Both the position numbers and the translations under genes were made by a program. Shown here one piece after another: positions 20,199 to 30,259 of a stretch of DNA of 63,189 nucleotides. Every line of letters starts with the position of its first letter. The first letter of the stretch is position 1. The stretch is from Deltaproteobacteria bacterium TL4. GTDB taxonomy: Bacteria; SAR324; NAC60-12. The DNA lies in assembly GCA_051382335.1 (NCBI GenBank), contig JBBCAX010000078.1:1-63189 (forward strand), read 5' to 3'. Below the pieces are notes generated by a model. That model was not told the origin of the DNA. It did not search any database and saw only the letters and a program-made list of their open reading frames with translations.

Positions 20199-21974
20199 AT
20201 GGCCAAACTTGACATCAATTCGCCTCTCTACAAACTAAGACACTCTTTAGCTCATATTTTGGCGCAAGCGGTTTTAGAACTTCGTCCCCAGGCAAAACTG
20301 GGTTTTGGTCCTCCTACGGATACGGGATTTTATTATGATTTTGAGTTAGAACCTCAACTTACCTCAGAGGATTTGGATCAAATCACAAAAAGGATGAAGC
20401 ACCTCATCAAATCTCGTCAGAAATTTGAGAGAGAGGATGTTTCTGCTGAGGAAATGATCCAACGTTTGGACCAATCGGGTCAGCGTTACAAGATAGAACA
20501 TGCTCGCGATTTGCAAAAGGCGGGAAATGCGGAATTGAGTTTATATAAAAACGGCTCCTTCTGGGATATGTGTGAGGGGCCCCATGTCGCGCTGACCACT
20601 GAAATTGCCCCGGATTGTTTCGCTTTAGATTCTTTAGCGGGTGCCTATTGGAAAGGTTCAGAAAACAATCCGATGCTACAAAGGGTTTATGGCTTGGCCT
20701 TTGAAACAGGCGAGGCGTTAAAAACCTACCAGCAGATGCGAAAACTGGCCCAGGAAAGAGATCACCGGAAACTCAACACTCAGCTTCATTATTTCGTTAT
20801 TTGTGAGGAGATTGGAAAAGGGCTGCCGCTTTGGCTTCCCAATGGAACCGTGATTCGGGACGAAATTGAAAAACTTGCCAAGGAGTGGGAATTTCAAGCG
20901 GGATATCAGCGGGTAGCAACCCCTCATATCACACGAGAGCAGCTTTACCATACGTCAGGACATTTACCTTATTATGCGGATAGCATGTTTCCTCCAATGG
21001 ATATTGAGGGAGAGTTAATGTATTTAAAGCCGATGAACTGTCCTCATCATCACATGCTTTATAAAGCGCTTCCCAGAAGCTACCGTGATTTGCCTCTGCG
21101 ACTCGCAGAATATGGAACTTGTTATCGCTATGAACAGTCCGGTGAGCTGTCAGGCTTGTTGAGAGTCCGGGGTTTGACGATGAATGACGCCCATATTTAT
21201 TGCAAACCTGAAGAGGCGAAAGATGAGTTTATTAAAGTGATGCAGATGCATATCGATTATTACAAAATGTTCGGTTTATCCAACTTCTGGATGCGTCTTT
21301 CACTCCCAGAAGCTGAGAGCAATAAATATGTGGACGCGCCCGAATTGTGGAAAAACGCGGAAAACCTGGTCATTCAAGCCATGGAGGAAGTGGGCGTACC
21401 TTATGAAGCAATTCGCGGAGAAGCCGCCTTTTATGGTCCGAAAATTGATTTTCAAGTCAGTAATGTGGTGGGACGGGAAGAAACCGCTTCAACGAATCAG
21501 TTAGATTTGGTGATGGCAGAACGTTTTAATTTGGTGTATAAAGGCAAAGATAATCAAGAGCATGTCCCTTATATCATTCATCGGGCTCCTTTGGGAACCC
21601 ATGAACGTTTTTGCGCTTTTTTGATTGAGCATTACGGGGGGGCATTTCCAACATGGTTAGCTCCGATTCAAGTTCGAATATTACCAGTGACGGATCTTTT
21701 CATCGAATATGCAACTCAGTTGGCTCAGGCGTTAAAAAAAGTATTTATCCGTGCGGAAGTCGATGACTCTCAAGACTCATTTGGTAAGAAAATCAGAAAT
21801 GGTGCTACCACGAAGATTCCCAACCTTCTGATTGTGGGCGAGCAAGAACGTCAGGACCAAACAGTAACTTGGCAACGTTATCAAAGTAAAGACAAGCGAG
21901 TCCTTTCCTTTAATGAGTTTCGGGATACGGTACTTCAAGAAATTCGATTGCGCCAAGATTGGAGAACTATTTAA
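20199..21974 (+). CDS. thrS: Threonine--tRNA ligase (short form lacking the N-terminal TGS domain)
   Basis: RHSLAH, DMCEGPH, RDHRK, KPMNCPHH, HRAPLGTHERF. Confidence 0.97.
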   Translation: MAKLDINSPLYKLRHSLAHILAQAVLELRPQAKLGFGPPTDTGFYYDFELEPQLTSEDLDQITKRMKHLIKSRQKFEREDVSAEEMIQRLDQSGQRYKIEHARDLQKAGNAELSLYKNGSFWDMCEGPHVALTTEIAPDCFALDSLAGAYWKGSENNPMLQRVYGLAFETGEALKTYQQMRKLAQERDHRKLNTQLHYFVICEEIGKGLPLWLPNGTVIRDEIEKLAKEWEFQAGYQRVATPHITREQLYHTSGHLPYYADSMFPPMDIEGELMYLKPMNCPHHHMLYKALPRSYRDLPLRLAEYGTCYRYEQSGELSGLLRVRGLTMNDAHIYCKPEEAKDEFIKVMQMHIDYYKMFGLSNFWMRLSLPEAESNKYVDAPELWKNAENLVIQAMEEVGVPYEAIRGEAAFYGPKIDFQVSNVVGREETASTNQLDLVMAERFNLVYKGKDNQEHVPYIIHRAPLGTHERFCAFLIEHYGGAFPTWLAPIQVRILPVTDLFIEYATQLAQALKKVFIRAEVDDSQDSFGKKIRNGATTKIPNLLIVGEQERQDQTVTWQRYQSKDKRVLSFNEFRDTVLQEIRLRQDWRTI

Positions 21975-21989
21975 TATCCAGGAGAAAAC

Positions 21990-23354
21990 ATGGCTTTGGA
22001 GGACCTAGATGAAGAGCAAGAAGAAGAGGGGCTGAAAGAGACGGCCCATACGGAACCTAAGGTAGATAGCAGTGTTCCTGAGGATTTTGCTCAGCATCTG
22101 GCGACTCGCATTGTTGTGATCCACGAAAAGGAGATTGATCCTATTGTCAGTAGCGAAAATGTCGCAAGCTTCATTAATGAACAGACTCAAAATCCACGGC
22201 GTATTTCTTATTTCATCGATGCAACTGAGGTTTTGTTAGAGAATGAACGTACTGAGAAATATGCGGCCCTAAGCTGGGCCGCGCTTGTGATTCATAGTGA
22301 TCTGGTTTCGGAATATCAGATCTATGTAAAAAACCTGATTGCCGCCGTGGTTGATGGTTACTATGAAATGGAAAAGCCCTCCGTACAATTCCAGAAAAAA
22401 AAGTTTTCCGCCTATTCCCGGATTATGGGAATAGTTTTCATCAAAATGGTTGATATCAACAGCAACCTCTTTGATGCGGCACAAGAACTCTATTCCGATC
22501 TGATACGACGGGAGATGGAGGTTGACGCCAAATCTCAGGACTCCAAGGAAGAAAAAAAGTCTATCGCGTTTAAGAAGACCACAAAAAAAAAGAAGATCTC
22601 CGTAAAATTCTATGATGATATTATTGATTACATTGCAACTCGAGGTGATTTTAAGTCAACTTCCTTAAACCAGGAAAATCCGAATGAATACATAGTACTC
22701 CTGGCAGACAGACTGCGCGGAACAAGACGCTACGTCATTCAAGACATCATGAACAAACGTGCTCTTGAGCGTAAAAAGCGTATCGAGAAAGAGTTGAGTG
22801 ATCGTCTGGCTTCCGCAGAAGATGTAATCATGGCGAGTGATCCCTTTTGCCTGGGACTTTCATTGTTTTGGCGTGAAAAACGTTATAATTATAAATTCTT
22901 GGCCGTAGAAAAGATCCGCATGGCCTTGCAGGTAATCGCTGTGATTATTGGGGTCTTGTACTTTATGGTCGGTTATCTCAACTTATGGAATATTCATTGG
23001 TTAGAAGGCATTCTTGTTTGCTTTGGGATGTACGTTTTTGGAAAAGTGGCAGGATCGCGGAAGCGTTTTAAAAGTTTTTACCCCTATGATGTGAGTAAAG
23101 AGTTAGAGGGCTGTTCCACTACTTTTATAGCTGTAATGCGACGTATGTCCAAAGATCAGTTGGATCATTTCTTAATGCGGCAAGTTAAAAACAAGCGTAA
23201 CGAATCTGTGATTCAGGTCATTCCTGAATTCGTCAAATATTTATATGCGATCATGCCTGACCGTAAAAGTATGATCATTTCTGTAGACGAACTGTCAGAG
23301 GTCATGGAAAACATCGAAATTGACATCGCAAAACAATTGCGAGGACGTATATAA
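21990..23354 (+). CDS. Hypothetical membrane protein (two TM helices in the C-terminal third)
   Basis: 454-aa ORF with AGGAG RBS directly after thrS; hydrophobic pair near aa 310-355. Confidence 0.75.
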   Translation: MALEDLDEEQEEEGLKETAHTEPKVDSSVPEDFAQHLATRIVVIHEKEIDPIVSSENVASFINEQTQNPRRISYFIDATEVLLENERTEKYAALSWAALVIHSDLVSEYQIYVKNLIAAVVDGYYEMEKPSVQFQKKKFSAYSRIMGIVFIKMVDINSNLFDAAQELYSDLIRREMEVDAKSQDSKEEKKSIAFKKTTKKKKISVKFYDDIIDYIATRGDFKSTSLNQENPNEYIVLLADRLRGTRRYVIQDIMNKRALERKKRIEKELSDRLASAEDVIMASDPFCLGLSLFWREKRYNYKFLAVEKIRMALQVIAVIIGVLYFMVGYLNLWNIHWLEGILVCFGMYVFGKVAGSRKRFKSFYPYDVSKELEGCSTTFIAVMRRMSKDQLDHFLMRQVKNKRNESVIQVIPEFVKYLYAIMPDRKSMIISVDELSEVMENIEIDIAKQLRGRI

Positions 23355-23380
23355 ATTTATTCACTCTCATCCATCATTAA

Positions 23381-24286
23381 GTGCCTATGTCTGCCATTTT
23401 GTTGAACCAGGTGTCAAAGTGGTATCGTGATCATCAGTTTCGCCGAATCTATTTAATAGACGCGCTTTCGTTGGAAGTTCAGTCGGGAGAGGTCTTTGGC
23501 TTTTTAGGTGCCAATGGTGCCGGAAAAACAACAACTTTGAAGATGATTGTGGGCTTAAGTTTGCCCTCCAGCGGCAGCATCCAGCTTTTTGGCAAAGCGT
23601 CCTCTGATCCTGAAGCCCGCAGAACTATCAGTTTTTTGCCAGAGCAGCCTCAATTTCCCAGAAATTTGAAACCCCATGATTTTTTAAATTTCAGTGCCCG
23701 TCTTTCGAAGATTCCTGTCACGCGTTCAAAAATAGACCAATTACTGGAGCAATTAGGCTTAAGTGACGCGAAAAACAAAGCCATACATACGTTTTCCAAG
23801 GGGATGCAGCAAAGGTTGGGAATTGCGCAGGCACTGCTCCCTGATCCGCAACTGTTGATTTTAGATGAGCCCATGTCAGGCTTGGATCCGATTGGCCGTC
23901 AAGAGGTGGCAAACCTGCTTTTGGAACTCAAACATCAGGGTAAAACAATTTTCTTTTCAACGCATATTCTGAATGATGCTCAACTGCTTTGTGACCGGAT
24001 TTCTTTCTTGAAAAAAGGGAAATTACTTCGTATTTATGATAAACATAGTTTTGAAACTGAAAAATCAGCACGGATGATTCAGGTCAGCGGCCTTCCTGAA
24101 GAGTTGCTGCGTGAGATGCGGCAACTCTATCAAATTGAGTACAGAGGGGATCGCTCTGGAACATGGCACATCATCTCTCCGACCAAAGAGGCGATGTGGA
24201 AAATTTTGGAACGGATTCAAGCGGCTCAAGGACACTTGCTTTCCGTTTCTATGGACCCTAATACTTTGAAACAATACTGGACGTGA
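23381..24286 (+). CDS. ABC transporter ATP-binding protein (PilH-like)
   Basis: GANGAGKTT, FSKGMQQR signature, LILDEPMSGLDP. Confidence 0.9.
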   Translation: MPMSAILLNQVSKWYRDHQFRRIYLIDALSLEVQSGEVFGFLGANGAGKTTTLKMIVGLSLPSSGSIQLFGKASSDPEARRTISFLPEQPQFPRNLKPHDFLNFSARLSKIPVTRSKIDQLLEQLGLSDAKNKAIHTFSKGMQQRLGIAQALLPDPQLLILDEPMSGLDPIGRQEVANLLLELKHQGKTIFFSTHILNDAQLLCDRISFLKKGKLLRIYDKHSFETEKSARMIQVSGLPEELLREMRQLYQIEYRGDRSGTWHIISPTKEAMWKILERIQAAQGHLLSVSMDPNTLKQYWT

Positions 24287-24287
24287 G

Positions 24288-25043
24288 ATGAAATCCATTT
24301 TTGCCATTTCCGAAACGACTATTCGCGTGTGGATACGTGATAAAACCTTCTACAGTCTCTTGATTTTAGCTGTGATTCTTGTGTTTTGCTCCTTATTTCT
24401 CAATGAGTTGCTGATCGGAGAAAAAAACAAAATCATCAATGATTTGGGATTGAGTGTGACTTTGTTCTTTGGTGTGTTTATGACTTTGTTTACGTTCAAT
24501 CCTGCGACACAAGATAAAACGCTTTATCTGGTTTTATCCAAACCGATTCCCCGTCATCATTGGATTTTAGGCTATTATTTAGGAAATGTATTGATTTTGC
24601 TCGTTAATACTTGGGTATTGGCCGGGATGATTTTTTTCTTGAACAGCTTGACGGCAGAGCCTTGGAAACTTGAAATGAACTGGGCACTGTACTTGATCTT
24701 TATAGAAATCATTTTGGTTGCCGCCTTGTCGTTATTTTTTTCAACATTCATGAGTTCTCAAGCTTTAAGTAAGTTTTGTACACTGGCGCTGTTCTTTGTG
24801 GGACATCTTTTGGAAGAAGCCAAGCATTTATTGGAAGCCGGAACCAGTGAATCCCTTGTCTCCTTATTCACGGTGTTTTACTATGTTTTTCCTAATCTTG
24901 CGGTCTTTGATATCAAAACAGAAGCCGTTCATCAGTTAGGGATTGAAAGTTCTCATTTGTTTTATGCCACGATTTATGGCGGTGCTTATATTGCGGTTTT
25001 GCTAATCTTAAGCAGTTGGACATTTTCAAAGACCGATTTGTAA
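24288..25043 (+). CDS. ABC-2 permease (PilI-like)
   Basis: Multiple TM helices, KTLYLVLSKPIPR, PNLAVFD, C-terminal FSKTDL. Confidence 0.85.
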   Translation: MKSIFAISETTIRVWIRDKTFYSLLILAVILVFCSLFLNELLIGEKNKIINDLGLSVTLFFGVFMTLFTFNPATQDKTLYLVLSKPIPRHHWILGYYLGNVLILLVNTWVLAGMIFFLNSLTAEPWKLEMNWALYLIFIEIILVAALSLFFSTFMSSQALSKFCTLALFFVGHLLEEAKHLLEAGTSESLVSLFTVFYYVFPNLAVFDIKTEAVHQLGIESSHLFYATIYGGAYIAVLLILSSWTFSKTDL

Positions 25044-25049
25044 GTCGAA

Positions 25050-25874
25050 TTGATGAAAAAAGCGATTTGGACTATTATATTACTGGGCCTGATGGGTCTG
25101 ATTGGGGTCTGTGTTGAGGCATTAAAAGATCGTTATTCCTTAGAGCATCAAATCGAAACCTTTTTATATTTGCCCAATGGCAAGCAGCTTAAAAAGGTGG
25201 CAATGAGCCATGAGGAGTTGATCGCTGATTTTTTATTCATGCAAGGCTCCGTCTATTTTGGGAAACATTATCGGGAATATGCCCGGGGCAAATATCAGTA
25301 TCAATGGCTTTATCAGATCTTCGATACGGTAACGGACCTTGATCCCTATTATTATGACGCCTATATTACAGCAGGGCATCTTTTTGATTCGCCTTATGAT
25401 AAAATCAAAATTTATGAAAAAGGCATCACCTCCTTTCCTAAAGATTGGAAGCTTTATGAATTGGTTGGATTTACCTATTACCATGAGTTATATGATAAAG
25501 TAACAGCGGCTCAATACTACGAAAAAGCCAGTAGATGGGGAAGCCCCCCTTATATCCCGAGTTTAGCTGGAATGTTTTTTCAGGAGGCAGGATATTATGA
25601 TTCGGCTATTCGTATTTTGCTAGAAGCGGCAGAGAAAACCGATCGTCAGGGGGTCAAATATGAATTTCTGGAAAGAGCGGAGAACTTGGCTCTGATTCGT
25701 GATTTGCAAGTTGCTGTTGAGATTTTTAAACAACGTCAAGGCCGGGTGCCAAAGGATTTCATGGAAATCCTTTTACTGGGAATTATGATTCCTGAACCCA
25801 AACTAGAACCTCCCTGGAAGTTGATGATTGATTTTGAAACAGGGAAAGTCATCACCTATCAATCCTCGGATTAA
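25050..25874 (+). CDS. TPR-like membrane-anchored protein (PilG/XapA-like)
   Basis: N-terminal TM; ADFLFMQGSVYFG, TDLDPYYYDAY, helical repeats; follows the ABC pair. Confidence 0.65.
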   Translation: MMKKAIWTIILLGLMGLIGVCVEALKDRYSLEHQIETFLYLPNGKQLKKVAMSHEELIADFLFMQGSVYFGKHYREYARGKYQYQWLYQIFDTVTDLDPYYYDAYITAGHLFDSPYDKIKIYEKGITSFPKDWKLYELVGFTYYHELYDKVTAAQYYEKASRWGSPPYIPSLAGMFFQEAGYYDSAIRILLEAAEKTDRQGVKYEFLERAENLALIRDLQVAVEIFKQRQGRVPKDFMEILLLGIMIPEPKLEPPWKLMIDFETGKVITYQSSD

Positions 25875-25892
25875 GTTCAGACAAGGAAAAAT

Positions 25893-27284
25893 ATGTCAAA
25901 CAGAGTAAAGATCGCGGCGTTATTGACAGGAGAGCTTTGCGGTCAAGAGGTGTGTATCCGAGGCTGGGTCCGTACCCGAAGGGGAGCCAAAAAATGTTCT
26001 TTTATCAATTTGAACGATGGTTCTAATCAAGCTGGAATTCAATCAGTCGTAGAGGCAAGTCTTCCCAATTATGAAGACGTTTTAAAATTAACGACCGGTG
26101 CTTCAGTTGAAATCCGGGGGAAGTTAGTCACTTCGCCGGGACAAGGGCAGCAATATGAAATTCAAGCAACGCATGTCCAGGTCTATGGTTATGCGCCTGG
26201 AGAAGAATATCCTCTGCAAAAAAAGGGACACACTTTAGAATTCTTGAGGGAGATTGCTCATCTTCGTCCAAGAACAAACATCTTTGGCTGTGTCTTTCGC
26301 ATTAGAAACACCTTAGCCTATGCGATTCATCGTTTTTTCCAGGATCGGGGCTTTGTTTATCTTCATTCGCCTATCATCACCACCAGTGATGCTGAAGGTG
26401 CAGGAGAGATGTTTCAAGTAACCACGCTGAATCTCCAAAATCACCCTGTCACAGAGCAGGGACAACCTGATTATGCTAAGGATTTTTTTGGCAGTAAAGT
26501 CGGATTAACGGTTTCAGGACAGTTGGAAGGAGAGATTTTTGCGACAGCACTGAGTGATGTTTACACCTTTGGTCCAACGTTCCGTGCGGAAAACTCGAAT
26601 ACGTCCCGACATCTTGCGGAGTTTTGGATGGTTGAGCCGGAAATGGCATTTTGTGACTTAAGAGACAATGCTGCCTTGGCTGAGGAATTTTTGAAGTATT
26701 TGATTCAACAGTGTTTAAAACATCACGAAGAAGATCTCCTGTTTCTACAGCGACATTATGACCAGGAGTTGATTGAAAGTTTAGAAAAATTACAGCACTC
26801 CACCTTTCAATTAATTTCCTACACTGAGGCGATTACGATCTTGGAAAAATCCAAACAGGAATTTGAGTTTCCTGTTCAATGGGGAATTGATTTACAGTCG
26901 GAACACGAACGGTTTTTGACAGATCAGCACTTCAAGGCACCCGTTGTGGTTATTGATTATCCCAAGGAAATAAAGGCCTTTTACATGCGGCAAAATGATG
27001 ATAATAGAACGGTCGCTGCCATGGATGTCCTGTTTCCCCGTTTAGGTGAAATTGTCGGGGGTTCGCAGCGGGAAGAACGGTATGATTCTTTACTTCAAAG
27101 AATCCGGGCGATGAATTTGAATGAAAAGGAATATTGGTGGTATTTAGATTTACGACGATATGGAACCGTTCCACATGCAGGATTTGGATTAGGCTTTGAA
27201 CGTTTCGTACAGTTTGTGACAGGAATGAAAAATATTCGGGATGTCATCCCCTTTCCTAGAGTACCAGGAAATGCTTCATTTTAG
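25893..27284 (+). CDS. asnS: Asparagine--tRNA ligase
   Basis: GWVRTRR, LTVSGQL, GPTFRAENSNTSRHLAEFWM, GSQREER, PHAGFGLGFER. Confidence 0.97.
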   Translation: MSNRVKIAALLTGELCGQEVCIRGWVRTRRGAKKCSFINLNDGSNQAGIQSVVEASLPNYEDVLKLTTGASVEIRGKLVTSPGQGQQYEIQATHVQVYGYAPGEEYPLQKKGHTLEFLREIAHLRPRTNIFGCVFRIRNTLAYAIHRFFQDRGFVYLHSPIITTSDAEGAGEMFQVTTLNLQNHPVTEQGQPDYAKDFFGSKVGLTVSGQLEGEIFATALSDVYTFGPTFRAENSNTSRHLAEFWMVEPEMAFCDLRDNAALAEEFLKYLIQQCLKHHEEDLLFLQRHYDQELIESLEKLQHSTFQLISYTEAITILEKSKQEFEFPVQWGIDLQSEHERFLTDQHFKAPVVVIDYPKEIKAFYMRQNDDNRTVAAMDVLFPRLGEIVGGSQREERYDSLLQRIRAMNLNEKEYWWYLDLRRYGTVPHAGFGLGFERFVQFVTGMKNIRDVIPFPRVPGNASF

Positions 27285-27335
27285 CAAAATCCACCAAGAA
27301 ATATAAGTTTTTCACATACATTTAATGAGAGCATT

Positions 27336-28478
27336 ATGGGATCACAAATTTCAGGACCTATGAAAACCCTTTATGAATCAAGGGAGAAAAAAGGGATTAA
27401 AATTGATTTTAATCCAGAGGTTGCTTCAGAAATTGAAAATTACCTTGGTGGTATGGAAGTAATGCTTGAAACTTATCAAGAGAATGAAGAAATCGTCAGG
27501 GGCTTGAAAGAATTGAAGGCAAAAGCGAGCTCATTGTTGATCTCCCACTCTTCTGAAGAAGAAATTATTAAAGGGATCCGCCAACTGACGTCTATCAAAG
27601 GACCGGATGGCAAGCAGATGAACATTTCCTCCTTTGGTAGAAAATCGGCGACAACCAAAGATGCTGATAAATTCAAAGAACGAACCGTAAAGTTACTCAA
27701 GCAAACCAATCAAAATACAATCGCCTTAATGCAATGGGACTCCAAAAATAAGGAATTGGCAAAGTTTTTGGGTGTCATTAAGGAGATTGATCTCAATATT
27801 CCGCCTATTGAACTTGATAAAAAAGTCAAAGAATTGCTTAAGTCCGATGGTTTCAGAGCGTATCAAGCGGTGAAGGAGTCCTACATCAAAGAATGGCTAA
27901 AACCCTTTCAGGAAGAACTTGGAAAACCGATCGAAGCCCTTTCTCAGGAAGAGCTCCAGGAAGCTATGAAACGCATGAAGATTGTCATGAAGCAACGTAT
28001 GACCGAAGGCAACCTGATTGTCACACCAGACTCTGAAAAATTCAAAGATTTTAATGTGCATGATCATGATCTGGTGAATGGGAATGAAAAAAAGTTTTGG
28101 CTGAATGAAATATTAATTGACGAATTTATTGCTTTCACTCAAGCCGTATTGACTCGTTTTACCTTTTTATTGGACAAACAATTCCTGGTGTTTCAGTTTC
28201 GAAATGAGCCCTATCTGTATCTCATTGGTTTTTCTCATGATGCCTTTATTAACGCGGAACAAGGTGCGGATGGAACCATGATTATTTCACCGCATGTGAA
28301 GCCTATTATTCCAGGAAAAGATAAAACGTACAGGGAACTCAGTCAAACCACCTTTCCTTCAGTTGGCTTGTATACGGAGATGTGTAGGGAAACGTTGAAA
28401 CCGTTTTTTATGTCCTTGGGCGAAAAAATAGGTTTCGTTTTTTCTAAAGAATTCAAACAACACTTCCGAATGTCGTAA
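27336..28478 (+). CDS. Hypothetical protein
   Basis: 380-aa ORF in operon-like context; no motif recognised. Confidence 0.75.
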   Translation: MGSQISGPMKTLYESREKKGIKIDFNPEVASEIENYLGGMEVMLETYQENEEIVRGLKELKAKASSLLISHSSEEEIIKGIRQLTSIKGPDGKQMNISSFGRKSATTKDADKFKERTVKLLKQTNQNTIALMQWDSKNKELAKFLGVIKEIDLNIPPIELDKKVKELLKSDGFRAYQAVKESYIKEWLKPFQEELGKPIEALSQEELQEAMKRMKIVMKQRMTEGNLIVTPDSEKFKDFNVHDHDLVNGNEKKFWLNEILIDEFIAFTQAVLTRFTFLLDKQFLVFQFRNEPYLYLIGFSHDAFINAEQGADGTMIISPHVKPIIPGKDKTYRELSQTTFPSVGLYTEMCRETLKPFFMSLGEKIGFVFSKEFKQHFRMS

Positions 28479-28492
28479 ATGCGTTTTTTCGC

Positions 28493-29653
28493 TTGCCCAA
28501 TCTGAGTTCCTCTTTACCTTGCAACCCTTTTATGAAGATTTTAATTGGCAGTAATGTTCATTGGTGGAATGCGGAAGCTGCTTATGCCGCAGTAACAGCA
28601 GAGTTGTTACAACAAGCGGGGCACCAGGTTTATGTTCTGACCCGACCCGGCACCCTCAATGAATGTCACTTAACTAAAAGAAAACTAACGGTTATTACAG
28701 ATATTGACATGAATTCCAACAATCCCTTCCGTCTTTTTTTGTCCTATCGAAAATTAAAACGTTTTCTTCAAGAATATCAAATTGAGATTGTTAATCCTCA
28801 TCGTTCTGAGGGCTATATTATTTATGTGCTTCTTGCCTGGTCTTTGAAGTCCTTTAAATTAGTTCGAACTCGCGGGACCACTCGTCCTGTGCGTAATTCC
28901 TGGATCAACCGGAAAATCTATTGTCAGTGGACCGATGCTCATATCATGGCAGGAAAGGTTGTTCAGGAGCGATTTACCCGTTTAATGCCAATAGCGCCAG
29001 AACAATTAAACCTGATCTACTACCCCATTGATACGCCAACACTTCCAATCCTTCCGCATCCTCCGTACTTACAGGAATTCCAACTGCCTCATCACGCAAG
29101 AACCCTTGGCATTGTTGGCCGCATCAGTCCTGTGAAAGGGCATTCTTTGCTTTTGGAAAGCTTTAAACACCTGAGACAACAATTTGACGATTTATATCTG
29201 TTAGTGATTTATAAAGACCCGGACCCCAAGGCCCCTGAGTTATTGGCCTTACAGGAAGACGTGCATCGAGAGCACTTGACGGATTATGTCCGATTTATTG
29301 GTCCACGGGAGGATATTCGAGCCCTTATGGAATTTGTTGATGTTGGCGTTGTCAGTTCTACTGATTCGGAAGTGATATGCCGTGTCGCGGTAGAGTTTTT
29401 TTCGGTGGCAACGCCCGTGGTCGCGTTTCCTACCGGATGTTTGCCAGAAATCATCCAACATGGAACGAACGGCTATTTGGCATCAGCGCAAAACGCTTCT
29501 GCCTTAGCCGAAGCGTTAACCCTGATTTTCAAAAATGACCAACAGCGCAAACAACTCGGACGTGCGGCCAGGAAGGATGCCGAAGCCCGTTTCGCTCAGC
29601 AACGATTTCTACAGGCAACACTTGAGGTCTTTAACTCCGTGTTGCGTTCCTGA
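28493..29653 (+). CDS. Glycosyltransferase family 4
   Basis: GIVGRISPVKGH, E-x7-E region (SEVICRVAVE), GCLPEII...NGYL; real start may be the ATG at 28532. Confidence 0.9.
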   Translation: MPNLSSSLPCNPFMKILIGSNVHWWNAEAAYAAVTAELLQQAGHQVYVLTRPGTLNECHLTKRKLTVITDIDMNSNNPFRLFLSYRKLKRFLQEYQIEIVNPHRSEGYIIYVLLAWSLKSFKLVRTRGTTRPVRNSWINRKIYCQWTDAHIMAGKVVQERFTRLMPIAPEQLNLIYYPIDTPTLPILPHPPYLQEFQLPHHARTLGIVGRISPVKGHSLLLESFKHLRQQFDDLYLLVIYKDPDPKAPELLALQEDVHREHLTDYVRFIGPREDIRALMEFVDVGVVSSTDSEVICRVAVEFFSVATPVVAFPTGCLPEIIQHGTNGYLASAQNASALAEALTLIFKNDQQRKQLGRAARKDAEARFAQQRFLQATLEVFNSVLRS

Positions 29654-29677
29654 TTGCGGCTACCGACTTAACATCTT

Positions 29678-29734
29678 TACTCACCGAACTTAAACCTCAT
29701 TGAGAGATTCTGGCATTTACGATGGGGAAATTAG
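29678..29734 (+). mobile_element. IS630-family transposase remnant
   Basis: Encodes YSPNLNLIERFW, the characteristic DDE_3 motif, bounded by stop codons. Confidence 0.65.
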
Positions 29735-30084
29735 AGGAAGGATATACGAAGGCTCAAAAACACAATAAACATCTGGAAAATTCGCACACAAGAACTCACA
29801 GATTAATATCTTTTAATAGGCAAAAATATCTGGTATAAAGGGTGCGAGAATGTCAGTTCGTTTATTCGACAATCTGAACCTGCTTCACAGAAAACACATC
29901 TACACCGTTTGGGTAAAGAAGTTCAATCGTGTACCAATACCGTTGCACCTAGGTTTGAATAGATCGTAATGTAAACGACAGAACCGAACTAATTTCCCAA
30001 AAGTTCTTTAGAACGCAGTTCATGGTTGGTGAGATTCGATTTTATCTAAAATGGCAATAACTCATAGAATTATTGTTATAGATA

Positions 30085-30231
30085 TCCAGATAAGTTCTGT
30101 CCATTGGTACTATATTGGCTCTTCGTTATTATTTTTTTGAAGTCCACGAAACACGCAAAAATATTTTTTTGTGTTTTTTCGCGTGTTTCGTGGAGATCAA
30201 AAAATGTACCAAAGGACAAGACTTATCTGGA
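30085..30231. repeat. Nested inverted repeat element upstream of wcaJ
   Basis: 26-bp imperfect IR tccagataagttctgtccattggtac / gtaccaaaggacaagacttatctgga enclosing the hairpin tccacgaaacacgc...gcgtgtttcgtgga (30143-30194). Confidence 0.75.
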
Positions 30232-30259
30232 CCACTTATAACAAATTTGAGGTCATAGC

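Noticed and set aside
20199..21974. ThrS lacking the TGS domain as a novelty
   Set aside because: Short ThrS forms are known in many bacteria
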